Source: Blastocladiella emersonii ATCC 22665 (Eukaryota; Fungi; Blastocladiomycota). Taken from it: a DNA stretch of 64,000 bases. The translations under genes were made by a program, and so were the position numbers. Under the pieces are notes generated by a model. That model saw only the letters and a list, made by a program, of their open reading frames with translations, did no database searches and was not told the DNA's origin. The stretch covers positions 1,054,001 through 1,118,000 of the forward strand of contig JANHCV010000001.1 of NCBI GenBank assembly GCA_025594325.1. The letters are read 5' to 3'. Shown here one piece after another: positions 11,010 through 22,320 of this stretch; position 1 is the stretch's first letter, and the number at the start of each line of letters is the position of its first letter.

Positions 11010-12475
11010 GGTGACAATGCAGCAAGTGTGGAAGGCAACAGTGCGAGCGGCTGAGCTGAACTTGAGGGATGCTGCGAGCCTGGGCCCGAGGCGGGCGGCG
11101 ACTGGGCTATATAGAGGCGCCATCTCGAACGTTCTCAAACCGAGAGCCTCGTCGCCTCGTCAGGGCCCTCAGCCGGTCCGTGAGTCGTTACGGTCGACGC
11201 ACCTCCGCCGTCAAACTGGGCCACCTCAAGAATGGCCGAATAGACTCGATTCTGCGGTCAGAAGGGACTATGTCACATCAACTTGTCGGGCCTTGCAAAC
11301 CGACGCAATTTTCGCCTGCGGTGGTGTCCATGTCACTCACGGGTAATACATCGGGTCACTTCGCCGTCAACTCCCAGCGTGCGCGGTCGAGCCGAAGCGG
11401 CGGATATTGGCATGTGAAACAATGTGGCGCAGCGCGTGGTCACGCGGGCCGCTGATCGAAAGTGCCTCGCGGTTCCCGTCACTGCCAGCACTCGTCGTCA
11501 AGATCGAGGGGCGGCGTGCTGCCTCACGGCGTGTATTATGATGCTGCGCGTTGCGCGCGTCAACGGAGAGCAGCGCGGCTGGTTGCTCGAACCGGGTGAC
11601 GGCAGGACAGCGCCTTGGGTCAACGGCGCGGTCTGGGCAATCGCGTTGAAGCGCGGGCGCTACAAGTGCTACCAGACGGCGCTCGAGGCGATGGCCGTCG
11701 CAGCGGGCAGTGTGAGGCGCGGGTCGAGCAGCTTGCGCAGCTGGCCGTACATGCGCTTGGACGACTCGATGCGCAATGTTTCCACGATGTCGGCTGTGGT
11801 CCTCTCGATACACATCGCTGGACAAACAGCTGCTTGGAAAGCGAGCTTGTGATGTTGGTGCGGAGGTCGCCGCCAATCTCGTTCTCACGGACCGCTGCAA
11901 AGGCGGGAAGCGGCGCCTTCGGGCGCCGCGGAGACGAGCGTGCGCGGGACGAGACACTCGAATGCGTACGCCTTCGTGCCAGCAACCTCAACGCCTGCCT
12001 TGAGCCGCTCGGCGCAGTTGAGCGAATCGCAGCGGTGTATCCAGAACTGACGCAGAAAAGCTCCATCGAGTGGTTCGCGTCAGGGACACTGGTTAGTTCT
12101 CACGACCCACTCACGAGACGCCCACGCACACCGCCATTTCAGGCGATCCTGCCCCACGGAGCAACCCGTCCGTGTACACGGTCCTGCCCGCAGTACCCCC
12201 GCGCGCCTTAGGCGAGGTCCAGCAAGGAAACCGGCCTCGCAAAGCCAGCGGGCTCCGGCACTGCCGCCTCGGATATGTTGCGTGCAAGCTGCGCGAGCTG
12301 CGTCGCGGGACCACGGATGACTGGGTCGAGCGCGTCGGGAGGCGCGTGCGGTGGGTGAAGAGGAGACACGGCCCGAGTAGCATGAGCACAAATAAATGGC
12401 TGCCGTACAGCATCCCCGCCGGGAAGTACTCGGGGCTTGGGAGGAGGTCGGCGCAGCCTAGGCGGCCCACGATAT

Positions 12476-14201
12476 CGAGTTGCTCTGGGTGTGATCGCTT
12501 GACTCGCGTCCGCATCCGTCAGCGAGCCGATGCTAGCGGCTCCACGGCGACCCGTGGAGATTACCTGAAATCCGTTGAGCTGCAGGAGAACCAGCGGGCA
12601 CGATATCCGAGGCTCCGAGTAGTGTGTCCCGCCCGCCCGCCCGCGTCGTTCTCGCCCCCATGCCGGGAACCACCTCAGCGGCAAGCGGCACTCACGCTCA
12701 CGCGAGGTCTGGGACCCGGATCAACGCTCGCGCAGGTGCGGATCCGTCAACACAACGTGACCGAGGGCCAGGAGGGGTTGCACCGACTCCCGTTCTTTGG
12801 TTTCCATGCTTCGTGGATAACGTAATAATGTAAGTAGGGCAAAATTGAAGCATCCGGCTCGGTTCAAGGCGGCGCCGCCGCGATCGACCGAGTGGCGGCG
12901 CAAGGCGGCCGGCCCGTGACATGACCACCGCGGGATCACGATGCATTTCCACCCCTCTAGCTCGCGCCCGTACTTGGTGTTAAGCGAGTACGTAGTCATC
13001 GCCGCTGCGCTGGTCGGGCTACCTGAAAAGGACGCTCAAGGGCACGCCGTCCCACGTTCGATACTTGATCCACGCGGCGGGCATCCGGCTGTAAGTGCAG
13101 CGAGCACCCTTTTGCTTGCTTCGCTCCTCGTCTTTTCTCCCCGAAAAAGCGTACTCCTTAATCTTTTATTTGATAGCGGTCGCGGTCGGCCCCATCAAAC
13201 ACTCGCTCAAGCCCAGGTGAGCCTTGTGCGCGGGGCGAGGAGTGCGCGGGTCCGAGGACTCCCGCATGATTGCGATCGGTGCCGAGATTCCTCTTCGTGG
13301 CCGCTGGGGCCTTGATCCACGCCCGCTGCCATGTATTTTTTGACGCGGCGTGACTTGCTTCCTACACACCCAAGCGAGATCCGTCTGAGCGCACGCGAGC
13401 TGTCTCTCTCTCGCGGCGCGAGACGCGTTGCGCCACACACGTGACGCTGTCCATCACCTCGCGAGCCCGCTCAGATTGGCGGGCGATGAACCATGGACGT
13501 GCGGTCGATCAATCGTTCTTTCTTTCTTTCCCAGTGCATACGAGAGAGAGCTGCGTCGTGAAACCAGCGGGCAAGACAAGAGGGTGAAAAGCAAAAAGGA
13601 GATGGCCCCCTCGGGAGGGTCTTCTAGATATATCTGGTCTTAGAATGGGAGGGAGGGAAGGGATCGTGCGGGAGAGGGAGGGTGGGTGTCATCTAGACTG
13701 TTGCCGAGGGGATTGCGAGAGAGCGAGGTGCGGGCGGGATCAAAAAGGTGGGGATGAAGGGAGAGGAGAGAACAGCGAGAAGCAGCGCGAGCGCAAACGG
13801 CGCGGGTCCAGCTTGTTGCTGGCACCGAATCACCGCTCACCGCTCACCGCTTAGCACCAGGGCCACCACCACGGGCACTCGGGGTCCTCGGGGTCCTGCG
13901 TCGGCGTCGGCGTGGGCGTCGGGGTGCGGGTCGGGCGGGTCGTGGTCGTGGTCGTGGCCGTCTTGGTCGGCGTCGGCGCGACGGTGGTCGTGGTCGTGGC
14001 GGTCTTGGTCGACGTCGACGTGGCCGTGGTCGTCGACGACGAGGGCGGAGCGACGCCGTTGAAGATGAGCTTGTTGGGCGAGCCCTTGACGCCCGTGATC
14101 TTGTCGGTCGTCGCCGCCGCCGAGATCTTGGCAGCGACCTGCGCCGGCGTCAGGCCCGGGTTCTCCGACAGGACGAGAGCGACAAGACCCGCGACGTGCG
14201 G
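12476..14201 (-). repeat. Right arm of the 1,726-bp inverted duplication
   Basis: Reverse complement of 8644-10369. Identity ends at 12475/10370 on the inner side and at about 14202-14205 on the outer side. Confidence 0.97.
13851..14201 (-). pseudogene. 5'-truncated duplicate of the subtilisin 3' exon
   Basis: Part of the right repeat arm. It begins at PHVAGL just after the catalytic GTSMA motif and ends in CPWWWPWC*. No start codon or catalytic triad is present. Confidence 0.9.
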
Positions 14202-15053
14202 GGTGCTTGATACCGTGTATCCTAAGCGAGCGCCATCATCAACGTCGCCGCGGACGATGGTACGCCATGAAGCTCCGTCCTGCTGCGATCCCGCCTGAAG
14301 CTTGAATCGACGCGTTTCCTTTGCAATTTATTTGTGTTCTGAGCTCGTCAATATGATGGGAAGCGTTGTTTCTTCCACGTTTCGCCGTGCCCTTGTTCTC
14401 ATGCGGTGCAACAGTTCGTTGGCAGGCATCAGATCTCGAGTGGGCATATGGATCACACTCGTTCAATGTTTCTCGAGACCATCGAGTCGTCCTCGAGATC
14501 TTTGAATAGTGTTGCTTCCATGATAGTCACCGACTATGCAGTCTCTGACAACGGGTTGAGGAGTGATGCGCGTTTGAGGCGGCGATGGTTCACGACGCCG
14601 TAGCTTTGGTGGTCTCCCGCGACCATGAAACGTTTCGATGCTGGACGCGCTCACACGCTTTTCCTGAAGGGTTCTGGAGCCCGCGTGGACAACGCCCGAG
14701 CGGATGGCACTGGGTGCGCATCGAGTCCTCACCCAGAAGCTGTGGCGCGGCGCGGCTGCGGTCATCAGATAGCTTGGACCATTCCTGGCAAGCGGTGCGA
14801 CCAAGCCTGCGCCGCGGACGAGGGTTCTTCCGCCAACTTTCGGCGCGTCGCCCTTGTGTCGCGGGCCCGATTGTAACCTTGCATGCAAAAATGTCCGTCG
14901 CGCCGTGATTCGAAACGATACGACGAATCGATGCATGAAAGTTGGTCGGTGCGGTGCTTCGAGGGCATCAGACGGGAATCCCACGCTTGTTCGCACGATA
15001 GCCCGGCCCTGAGCGTGTGAAACGAACGAGCGAACGGACGACGAGGGCAGTCG

Positions 15054-15060
15054 TATAAAG
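15054..15060 (+). promoter_or_regulatory. TATA box upstream of the ZIP transporter
   Basis: TATAAAG about 70 bp upstream of ATG 15129. Confidence 0.5.
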
Positions 15061-15128
15061 GTCGCGCGGTCCCTCGTCTCGCCGTCCCGTCCTCAGCACA
15101 GCCTCACCACACGTCGAGCACCTCCACC

Positions 15129-16135
15129 ATGGCCGAGCCGATCCCACACGACCCCAACTACGGCCTCGCCTTCGCCGTTTCGATCGGCGCCGGTCTCTCG
15201 ACGGCCATTGGCGCGGCCTCGGTCAAGTTCGGCTCGCTCAGCAACCCCAAGTTCCTCTCCGTCGGCATGGCGCTCGCGGCGGGTGTCATGATCCTGGTGT
15301 CGCTGCTCGACCTGATCCCGGAGGCGGTCGAGTCGTTCGAGGCGGCGTGGCCCGAGGACCAGTACCCGAACGGCAAGCGCACGGCGTACGCGCTCGCCAT
15401 GGCCATGTTCTTTGTCGGCGCGATCCTCACGGTCGTCATGGAGGTCGGCGTCCACAAGATCCAGCACGCGCTCGGCGGCAAGGACGTCGATCACCACGAC
15501 TTGCCGAAGCCCGTGACGTCCGGCGCCGGCGACGAGGTGGTCGGGACGGGCGAAAAGGGCGCCGCGGCGGCGACCATCTCGACTGCCGAGCGCGCCGAGC
15601 TCATGAAGACGGCCATGATCACCGGCCTGGCCATCACCATCCACAACCTGGTACGCTCGCGATTCTTGGCGCTTGAGGTCGATGCACACTCACTAACGCT
15701 GCTTCTCGTCCGTAGCCCGAGGGTCTCGCGTCGTTCATCTCCATGTCGCACAGCGTCGCGTCGGGTCTCCCGCTCGCCGTCGCGATCGCCATCCACAACA
15801 TTCCCGAGGGTCTCTGCGTGGCGGTTCCGGTCTTCTACGCGACGGGTTCGCGGTGGAAGGCGTTCATCTGGGGCACGCTGACGGGCGCGAGCGAGCCGCT
15901 GGGCGCGGTTCTCGGCTACGTGATCCTCAAGGCGACGCCCGACACGGAGCTGTCGGTCGTGTACGGCGTCCTGTTCGCGATCATCGCGGGCGTCATGACG
16001 TTCGTGTCCATCTCGCAGCTCATCCCGACGGCGCTCGCGCACCACCCGAACCCACGCGACGTGGCCATCCTCGTGTTCGTCGGCATGGCCGTGATGGCGA
16101 GCTCGCTCGTGCTCTTCGAGGTGGCCGGCGCGTAG
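15129..16135 (+). CDS. ZIP-family (ZupT/GufA/Zrt3-like) zinc/metal transporter; 2 exons
   Basis: Multiple TM helices with twin metal motifs HNLPEG (formed across intron 15651-15715) and HNIPEG, plus SEPLGA and AGVM. Confidence 0.92.
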
Positions 16136-16730
16136 AGGTGCAGCAGCTGGCTTGCGCGTAGTAGTACATTGAATAGATCATCCCTATTGTGTGAACCCTC
16201 CTCCTTCGGATCTCTTTCAGGCTTGAGCTCGCTCGACACAAGACCGCCTCGATGCATGATCGTTCCCCGCCTTGCGACTTTATGCATCAGATACTGCGAG
16301 CTACCCATGTTCGGGAGAGAGTTCGCCGAGAGGGCTTGGTGCATGAGCGACAGCGCTCGCGATCGAGTCTGCGTGAGAAATGTTTCGCGTGGCGGCGCCT
16401 CACAGCCTGGTGGCTCTTTGGGCCCTGGATGCATGTTCAACGCGTGCGTGGACTCGTGTTTGCACCCTCGATCAAGCGGGGCGGCATCCGATCGCGTCAG
16501 GGCCGAGCACCAGAGCGCTCCAGGGCCAGCAACGCGGAACGCGCGGAACGGACGCGGCAGGGCGGGACGCGAAAATCACGCGTCGCTCGGCACGTCGGCG
16601 TGGGAACAGCAAGTTTCTCCGAGCGGTGCGGCACGCGTCGAATTAGTCCGCCAACCCTCAAGACGCGTCGGCTCGGCCCGCGGCGGTCCGCGCTCCTTCC
16701 GTACCCCCGGCCCATGTATCAATAATCGAA

Positions 16731-18637
16731 ATGGTCGCCTGGAGTGCAGAACAACTTGTAGTCGATTCGCGGACTGCGCTCGACGCCGCCCTGACCGCCG
16801 TGCTCGCGGCGCTGCCTGCGCGCGTCGTCGAGCGAATCCACGGCGCGTCGCGCGGGTCGCTCGTGCTCGCCGCTGTCGGCGCCACCTGCGCCGCGGTCGC
16901 GCTGCGCCTGACGACCGCGTTCCTCGTCAACCTGTCGCTGCGCCGCGCGCTCATGAAGCAGGGCATCGCGGGCCCGAAGACGAGCGGGCTCGGCTGGCTG
17001 TTTGGCCATGTGCTCGACATGGGCCGCGCCGCGTCGCCCGTCGCGTGGTTCGGCGAGAACGTGCGCCGGTTCGGGTCCGTCTACATGACCAACACGTTCC
17101 TCGCGCGCCCGATCCTGTGGGTCACGGACCCGCGCGCGCTGCGCACCATCCTCGTCTCGCAGAGCCGCCGCTGGCACCGCCCCATGGAGGTGCGGTCGAC
17201 GCTGGCCCGCGTGACCGGCTGGAACGGCCTGCTCGCCATTGAGGACGACGTGCACCGCCAGCACCGCGCTATCATCAACCCGCTCTTCAACCTCAAGCAC
17301 CTCAAGTCGTACGTGTCTGGACGCGGGGGCGCTGGTCGTGCGGCACGAATCTTACTACGTGACGAATCCTAGGCTCATCCCGACCATGACAGGCGCTGTC
17401 GATGAGCTCGTCCCGCTGCTCGACGCCGCGCAGAACGAGACCGTCAACTTTGCTCGCCTGTCGAGTGCGCTCACCCTCAACGTGATTGGCCGCACCGGTA
17501 CGCTCGCGCGCTGCATACCATGTCCATGCGTCCGTCACTGACTGCGCGCCCTTTTAGCCATGGACGTGGACTTTGACGCGCTCAACCCGGCCAAGGAGTC
17601 GGCCGTGACCGCCGCCTACCACCGCATGGGCGAGAGCTTCGGCTTCGGCATCCTGCAGACCCTCGTGCGCATCAACCCGTTCCTCGGCAAGCTGCCGCTG
17701 CCCATCAACCGCCGCTTCGCGCGCGACTTCAAGATCGTGACCGACGAGGTCGACGCCATCATCACCGCCTTCGAGCACGGCACCGCCACCTCGCGCGGCA
17801 ACTCGCTCATCAAGGTGCTCTTCGACGAGCAAAAGTCGGGCGCCTCGGACGAGCACGGCCGCCTGACGCGCGACGACCTGCGCGACGAGCTGCTCACCTT
17901 CCTCGCCGCCGGCCACGACACCACCTCTATCAGCCTCGCCATGGCCGTGTTCGAGCTCGCGTCGCACCCGGACGTCCAGGACGCCATGTTCCGCGAGGTC
18001 GCCGCCGCGTTCCCCGACTCGGTCGCCACCGGGCTCGCCAACGACGCCGACGCCTACGAGAAGCTCGCGGGCCTCGCCACCCTCAACCACGTCATCAACG
18101 AGACCATGCGCCTGCACAGCCCCGCGTACATGGCGTCGCGCGTCGCGGTCGTCGACACCGAGGTCCCGTTCGAGGACGGCCGCACCATCAAGGTCGCCAA
18201 GGGCCAGGTCCTGTTCATCCCGATGGTACGGCATCTCGACCACCAGTGCACGCGCGTCCCTTGCCGCTAACCACCGCATCCTCATGTAGCACGCGATGCA
18301 CCACTCGGAGCGCGTGTGGGGCGCCGACGCCAACGAGTTCCGCCCGTCGCGCTGGGCCGGGCTCCGCCTGTACGACAAGGACGACGGCGCATCGTCGACG
18401 TCGGCCGAGACCGGCGCCAGCGGCGCCACGGCGCTCCCGCCGCTCGCGTACCTGCCGTTCCTCTCGGGCCCGCACGCGTGTGTCGGCCGCCAGTTTGCGC
18501 TGCTCGAGCTCAAGGTGTTCCTCGCGCGCCTTGTCGAGCGGTACCGCTGGTCGCTCGTCGACAAGGACCTCAAGATGCGGTTCGCCGTGGTCGCGGCGCC
18601 GCGCCAGGTCATGACCAAGTTTGAGCGCCGTGTCTGA
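16731..18637 (+). CDS. Cytochrome P450; 4 exons
   Basis: N-terminal TM anchor, I-helix AAGHDTTS, ExxR (ETMR), PERF-like EFRPSRW and heme motif FLSGPHACVG. Introns at 17309-17372, 17498-17557 and 18226-18289. Confidence 0.95.
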
Positions 18638-20072
18638 AACTGCTCGTTGCGAGCAGGTTGTGATGGTTGAATTCTAGTTTCCGTTCATATTTCACACGTC
18701 TGGCTCGTTGCTCGTTGCTGCGAGCCCTGCTGTTTGCGACCCGCTGCAGCAGTTGGTGCTGGTGCATCTTGAACGCTTTCTTCAGCTGCGGGACCCCGAC
18801 GTGGCTGTCAACGCCGTAGCGAGCGCTGGCCATGCCGAAGAACGCGTTGACGATCACAGACCCGAACGACCGCGGAACCACTGAGACTTGCTTGCTCTCG
18901 GCGAGGACATACTGAGTGACCTCCTTGAACGCGTCGGTTGAACGGATCAGCGCGCTGAAGGTATCCTCCGAGATGAACCCGTGGCCGCCACCAGCTTTCC
19001 ATGCCTTGAAGAAACTGGCGACCTCGTCAAGCTCTTGGAAGATCGGGTCATCGACGGACGTGACGCACTCGGAGCGCGTGATCGCAGCAAAGTACGTGTA
19101 ACTGGCGTCGATGAACTGCACCGTCGCGTTGAGCGACAGGAGGTCTCCCTCGATTTCAGCGCATCATAGCATAAAAGCGGTTTGATCTTCTTGCTTGGTG
19201 TCAGGTTTACCAACTGCGGAAACGTACTTGGTCATGAGCTCCTCGACCATGGTATTCTTGGGCTCAATGAGCATCGAGCGGAGCGCCTCGACCGTTGCTG
19301 GGCTCATCGCGAGCTCGACGGACGACACGCCTGCCCGCTTGATCCAGCAAAAGTCAATGCGGCCGCCGTCTGGAAGGACAAGGAGGTTGGTGCCCGTCAA
19401 GGCGCTGCGCAACGTCCTGAATACGTGTACGGGGTCCACGATCCAGCGCACGGCGTTGACGTAAGGAGCGCCGAGGTGTCGAGGCATGTAATCCTCACTT
19501 TCATCATAGCCCAAGAATGCACGTTTCTTGGCGGGCGCACTAGAAGTAAGAGCAGTCGCGTTCGCGATCGCGGTCAGCTCCGTCGTGAATCGAGCAACGC
19601 TGACGTACTTGTCCGAGCCGCAGGTCAACACGATGAAGCCGTAGCTCTGGAGGAAACTGACGACCTGGTTCGTGCGCGACGAGATGGTCGCGTAATTGAC
19701 GTCGGCGAGCAGGTAGTAGCACAGCGGGAAGGCAAGAGGCATGCTGTGCGAGCCAACCATGAATTGGAGGACGCGGCGAGCGATGGGCGTCGGTTCCCCG
19801 TTCATGCGGCCCGTGACGATAAAGTCATCCGTGACAGCGTTTTCTGGAACGAAAAGCTCTTCGGGCGTCCCACAAGAGGGATGAACCGAGAGCTCCCTGT
19901 CATCGACGGCCAGGCTAATCAGGTTCCTCGGCAAGTCGTTGTCGAACATGGCCTCGAGCCCGCCGATGGCCTTGATGAGGCGCTGGACGTGCAGGCCATC
20001 GAGGCCAGGCGGGAAGTCGGGAACATTGTTGGTCGTGCACGGTGCGTCAATTTGCATGCTGTGATGATTCAT
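18609..20072 (-). pseudogene. P-element/THAP9-like transposase-derived gene, copy 1, with one in-frame TGA at 19164-19166
   Basis: Motifs LAVDDRE, VLQFMVGSHSMPLAFPLCYY, GFIVLTCGSD, WIVDPVHVFRTLRSAL, GGRIDFCWI and SVIVNAFFG. ORFs 19164..20201 and 18609..19121 are in the same frame (FML*CAEIEGDLLSL). Putative in-frame intron at 19540-19608. Confidence 0.75.
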
Positions 20073-20637
20073 GTTGCGGAGCAGTTCACAGTCTCGCGAG
20101 TCGCTGTTGGTCGGAGCGTTGAGAGAGCGCGATTGAGGCAGTCGCTGCTGCGCCACCACACCCAATCGGTCACAAGGTGGCTCAGCATCAGGTGATCGCA
20201 CGTGCGGATGGCCATCACGTCTCGATGAGCGCTAAGGACGATAAGGAAGCTCGGTGCCAACCCATGGAGATTGCGTGCTCGTGCGTATGCGGACTTGGTC
20301 TTGGGCGAGTGATGAATCAATGCGAGCCCGCCTGGTCGGGCCCTGTTAACAGCTCCCTCTGGTTGCAGCTGATCCGCGATCGATACCTGGTTGACGCGGG
20401 CGGGGGTCGGCTAGCTATCGCACCCTTTTGCTCGCGCGTCAATTTAATTTGTCGCCTTTTCTTTCGACCCGAACTTGTTTCCCCCTTGCGTTGCGTTTTC
20501 TATTCTTCTTCGTGTTTACAACTTTCGTAGCGCAAACCAATTTCTTTCACGCGATAGAGTTATTCAAGAGGTAGACACATAACGAAGCACAGCTTGTCGT
20601 TGAGTTCATTGTGATCTCCATCAATGACATGCTCACC

Positions 20638-22042
20638 TTACGCCGAACGGCGGCGCTGCTTGATCTGGTCGTGGAGGTACTCCACACACGCGGTCTGGAA
20701 CTCGTGCGCCTTGGGGAGCCCGTCAGGGTTCTTGCCGCCGTAGTCCGCGCGAATCTCGTCGAAGAACGAGTCGATGATGTCGGTGCTGAAGGAGCGCGGG
20801 CTGACAGCGGTATCGTACTCGATCATGAGGTAAGAAGCGACCTCCTTGAACGTGTCGATGGAGCGGATGAGCATCTCGAAGCTGTGCTTTGGGATGAAGC
20901 CGGAGCCGAAGCCGGTGCCGACGCCGGCCTTCCACGCCATGAAAAGCTTGACGACGTCGTCGAGCTCCTTGATGTCCAAGATGTAGCTGGCCGAGGTGGA
21001 AGTGAAGGCGGAGTAGTACTTGTGCGTGATCTTGATGTACTGGATCGTGGCGTCGAGCGACACGAGCTCGGCCTCGATGCGCTGGCGTTTGGCGAGCATC
21101 GCGAGCACCTCGGGGTTGGCAGCAAACGCCAGGTTGGACATGGGCAGGGCGCTGAGCTTGTCCTCGATCTGCTTGATCTCGGCCTGCTTGGGCTCAACAA
21201 ACTGCTTGACCAGCAGGTCGATGGTCTCGAGGTCGGCGAGCGATTCGGTCATGGAGATCGGCGTGCCCTCATTGGTAAGCGAGGTGGAGCTGTCCTGGGT
21301 CGGAGCCGTGATGCTCCGCCCAAGGACGTCGCGGCCGAGTTGGCGAAGCCAGCCGAAATCGACCACGCCACCGCCCGAAAGCTGGATGGGGTTGTTGGTG
21401 TTGGCGACGGCGAAGCGCAGGCCGCGGAAGACGTGGCGCGGGTCGATCATCCAGCGCACAGCGTGGATGTACGGGTCCTCGAGCACCACAGGCACCTTGG
21501 CCTCGGCCTCAAAGCCTAAGAATGCGAGCTTCTTTGCGGGCGCGCTGGAGGTGATGATGGCGGGTGAGGTAGCGAGACCGCGACGGAGGAATCAATGTGA
21601 ACGTACTCATCGGTGCAGCACGAGAGCACGGTGAACTCGTAGCTCTGGAGCACGGACACGACCTGGTTCATGCGCGCGGCGATGGTCCCGTGGTTCACGT
21701 CGTGGCATAGAAAGTAGCACAGCGGATGGACAAACCCCATGGCGTGCGAGCGCACCATGAACATGAGGGCGCGTCGGGCAGGCCGAGGATCGGTGCCGCC
21801 GTCCGTGCGGCCGTTCCAGATGTGGTCGTCTTTGCCGCCATCCTCGACGCCGCGGAGCTTGCCGTCGGGGCCGACCGAGATGTCGGGCGAGAGCTCGAGA
21901 TCGTCGACGACAAGCCTGATCAGGTGAACCGTGCGCTCTCCTCGAGGACATGCTGACCACCAACGGCCTCGATGAGGTGGCTGACCTGGTCATAGCCGAT
22001 GCCGGGCGGGAAGTCGGGGAGCTTTGCAGCGGTTGCTTTCAT
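20638..22042 (-). pseudogene. P-element/THAP9-like transposase-derived gene, copy 2, with a frameshift near 21920-21955
   Basis: MKATAAKLPDFPPG..LIEAVGG, then a shifted frame LIRLVVDDLE..ALMFMVRSHAMGFVHPLCYF..LSCCTD, intron 21545-21606, then WMIDPRHVFRGLR..STDIIDSFFDEIR. Colinear with copy 1. Confidence 0.75.
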
Positions 22043-22320
22043 GTTTGCCAGCGTAGTGGTCGCCGACCAGGCTTGGGTGGCGCTCAGCGGGGGAGCGCAG
22101 GCGAGCGAGCGAGCGGAAGGGAAGGCGGGCGAGCGAGTGCGAAGGCAGGCGCTGCGCCACAGCGCGATCGGCGGCAGGACCGTCAGGTGAGCGCAGTCGG
22201 GCGTTCGTTCGCGGCGGCGCGCGCGGCGTCGAGCGCGTCTCTCTTCTCCTCTCTCCAGACTCACACATTTGATGAAACGACTCGCTGCAGTCTCCATGTA
22301 ACGCTCTGAGGAATACATCC

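Noticed and set aside
8644-14201. Inverted repeat as the TIRs of a DNA transposon or composite element carrying csaA
   Set aside because: The arms are copied host gene sequence ending inside the subtilisin exon. There is no TSD and no transposase inside.
19140-19210. A small intron removing the TGA in transposase copy 1
   Set aside because: The only candidate (GTAAAC..GAG, 62 nt) has a poor acceptor and would shift the frame.
18400-22320. Terminal inverted repeats or target-site duplications around the transposase genes
   Set aside because: None found by eye on either side of either copy.
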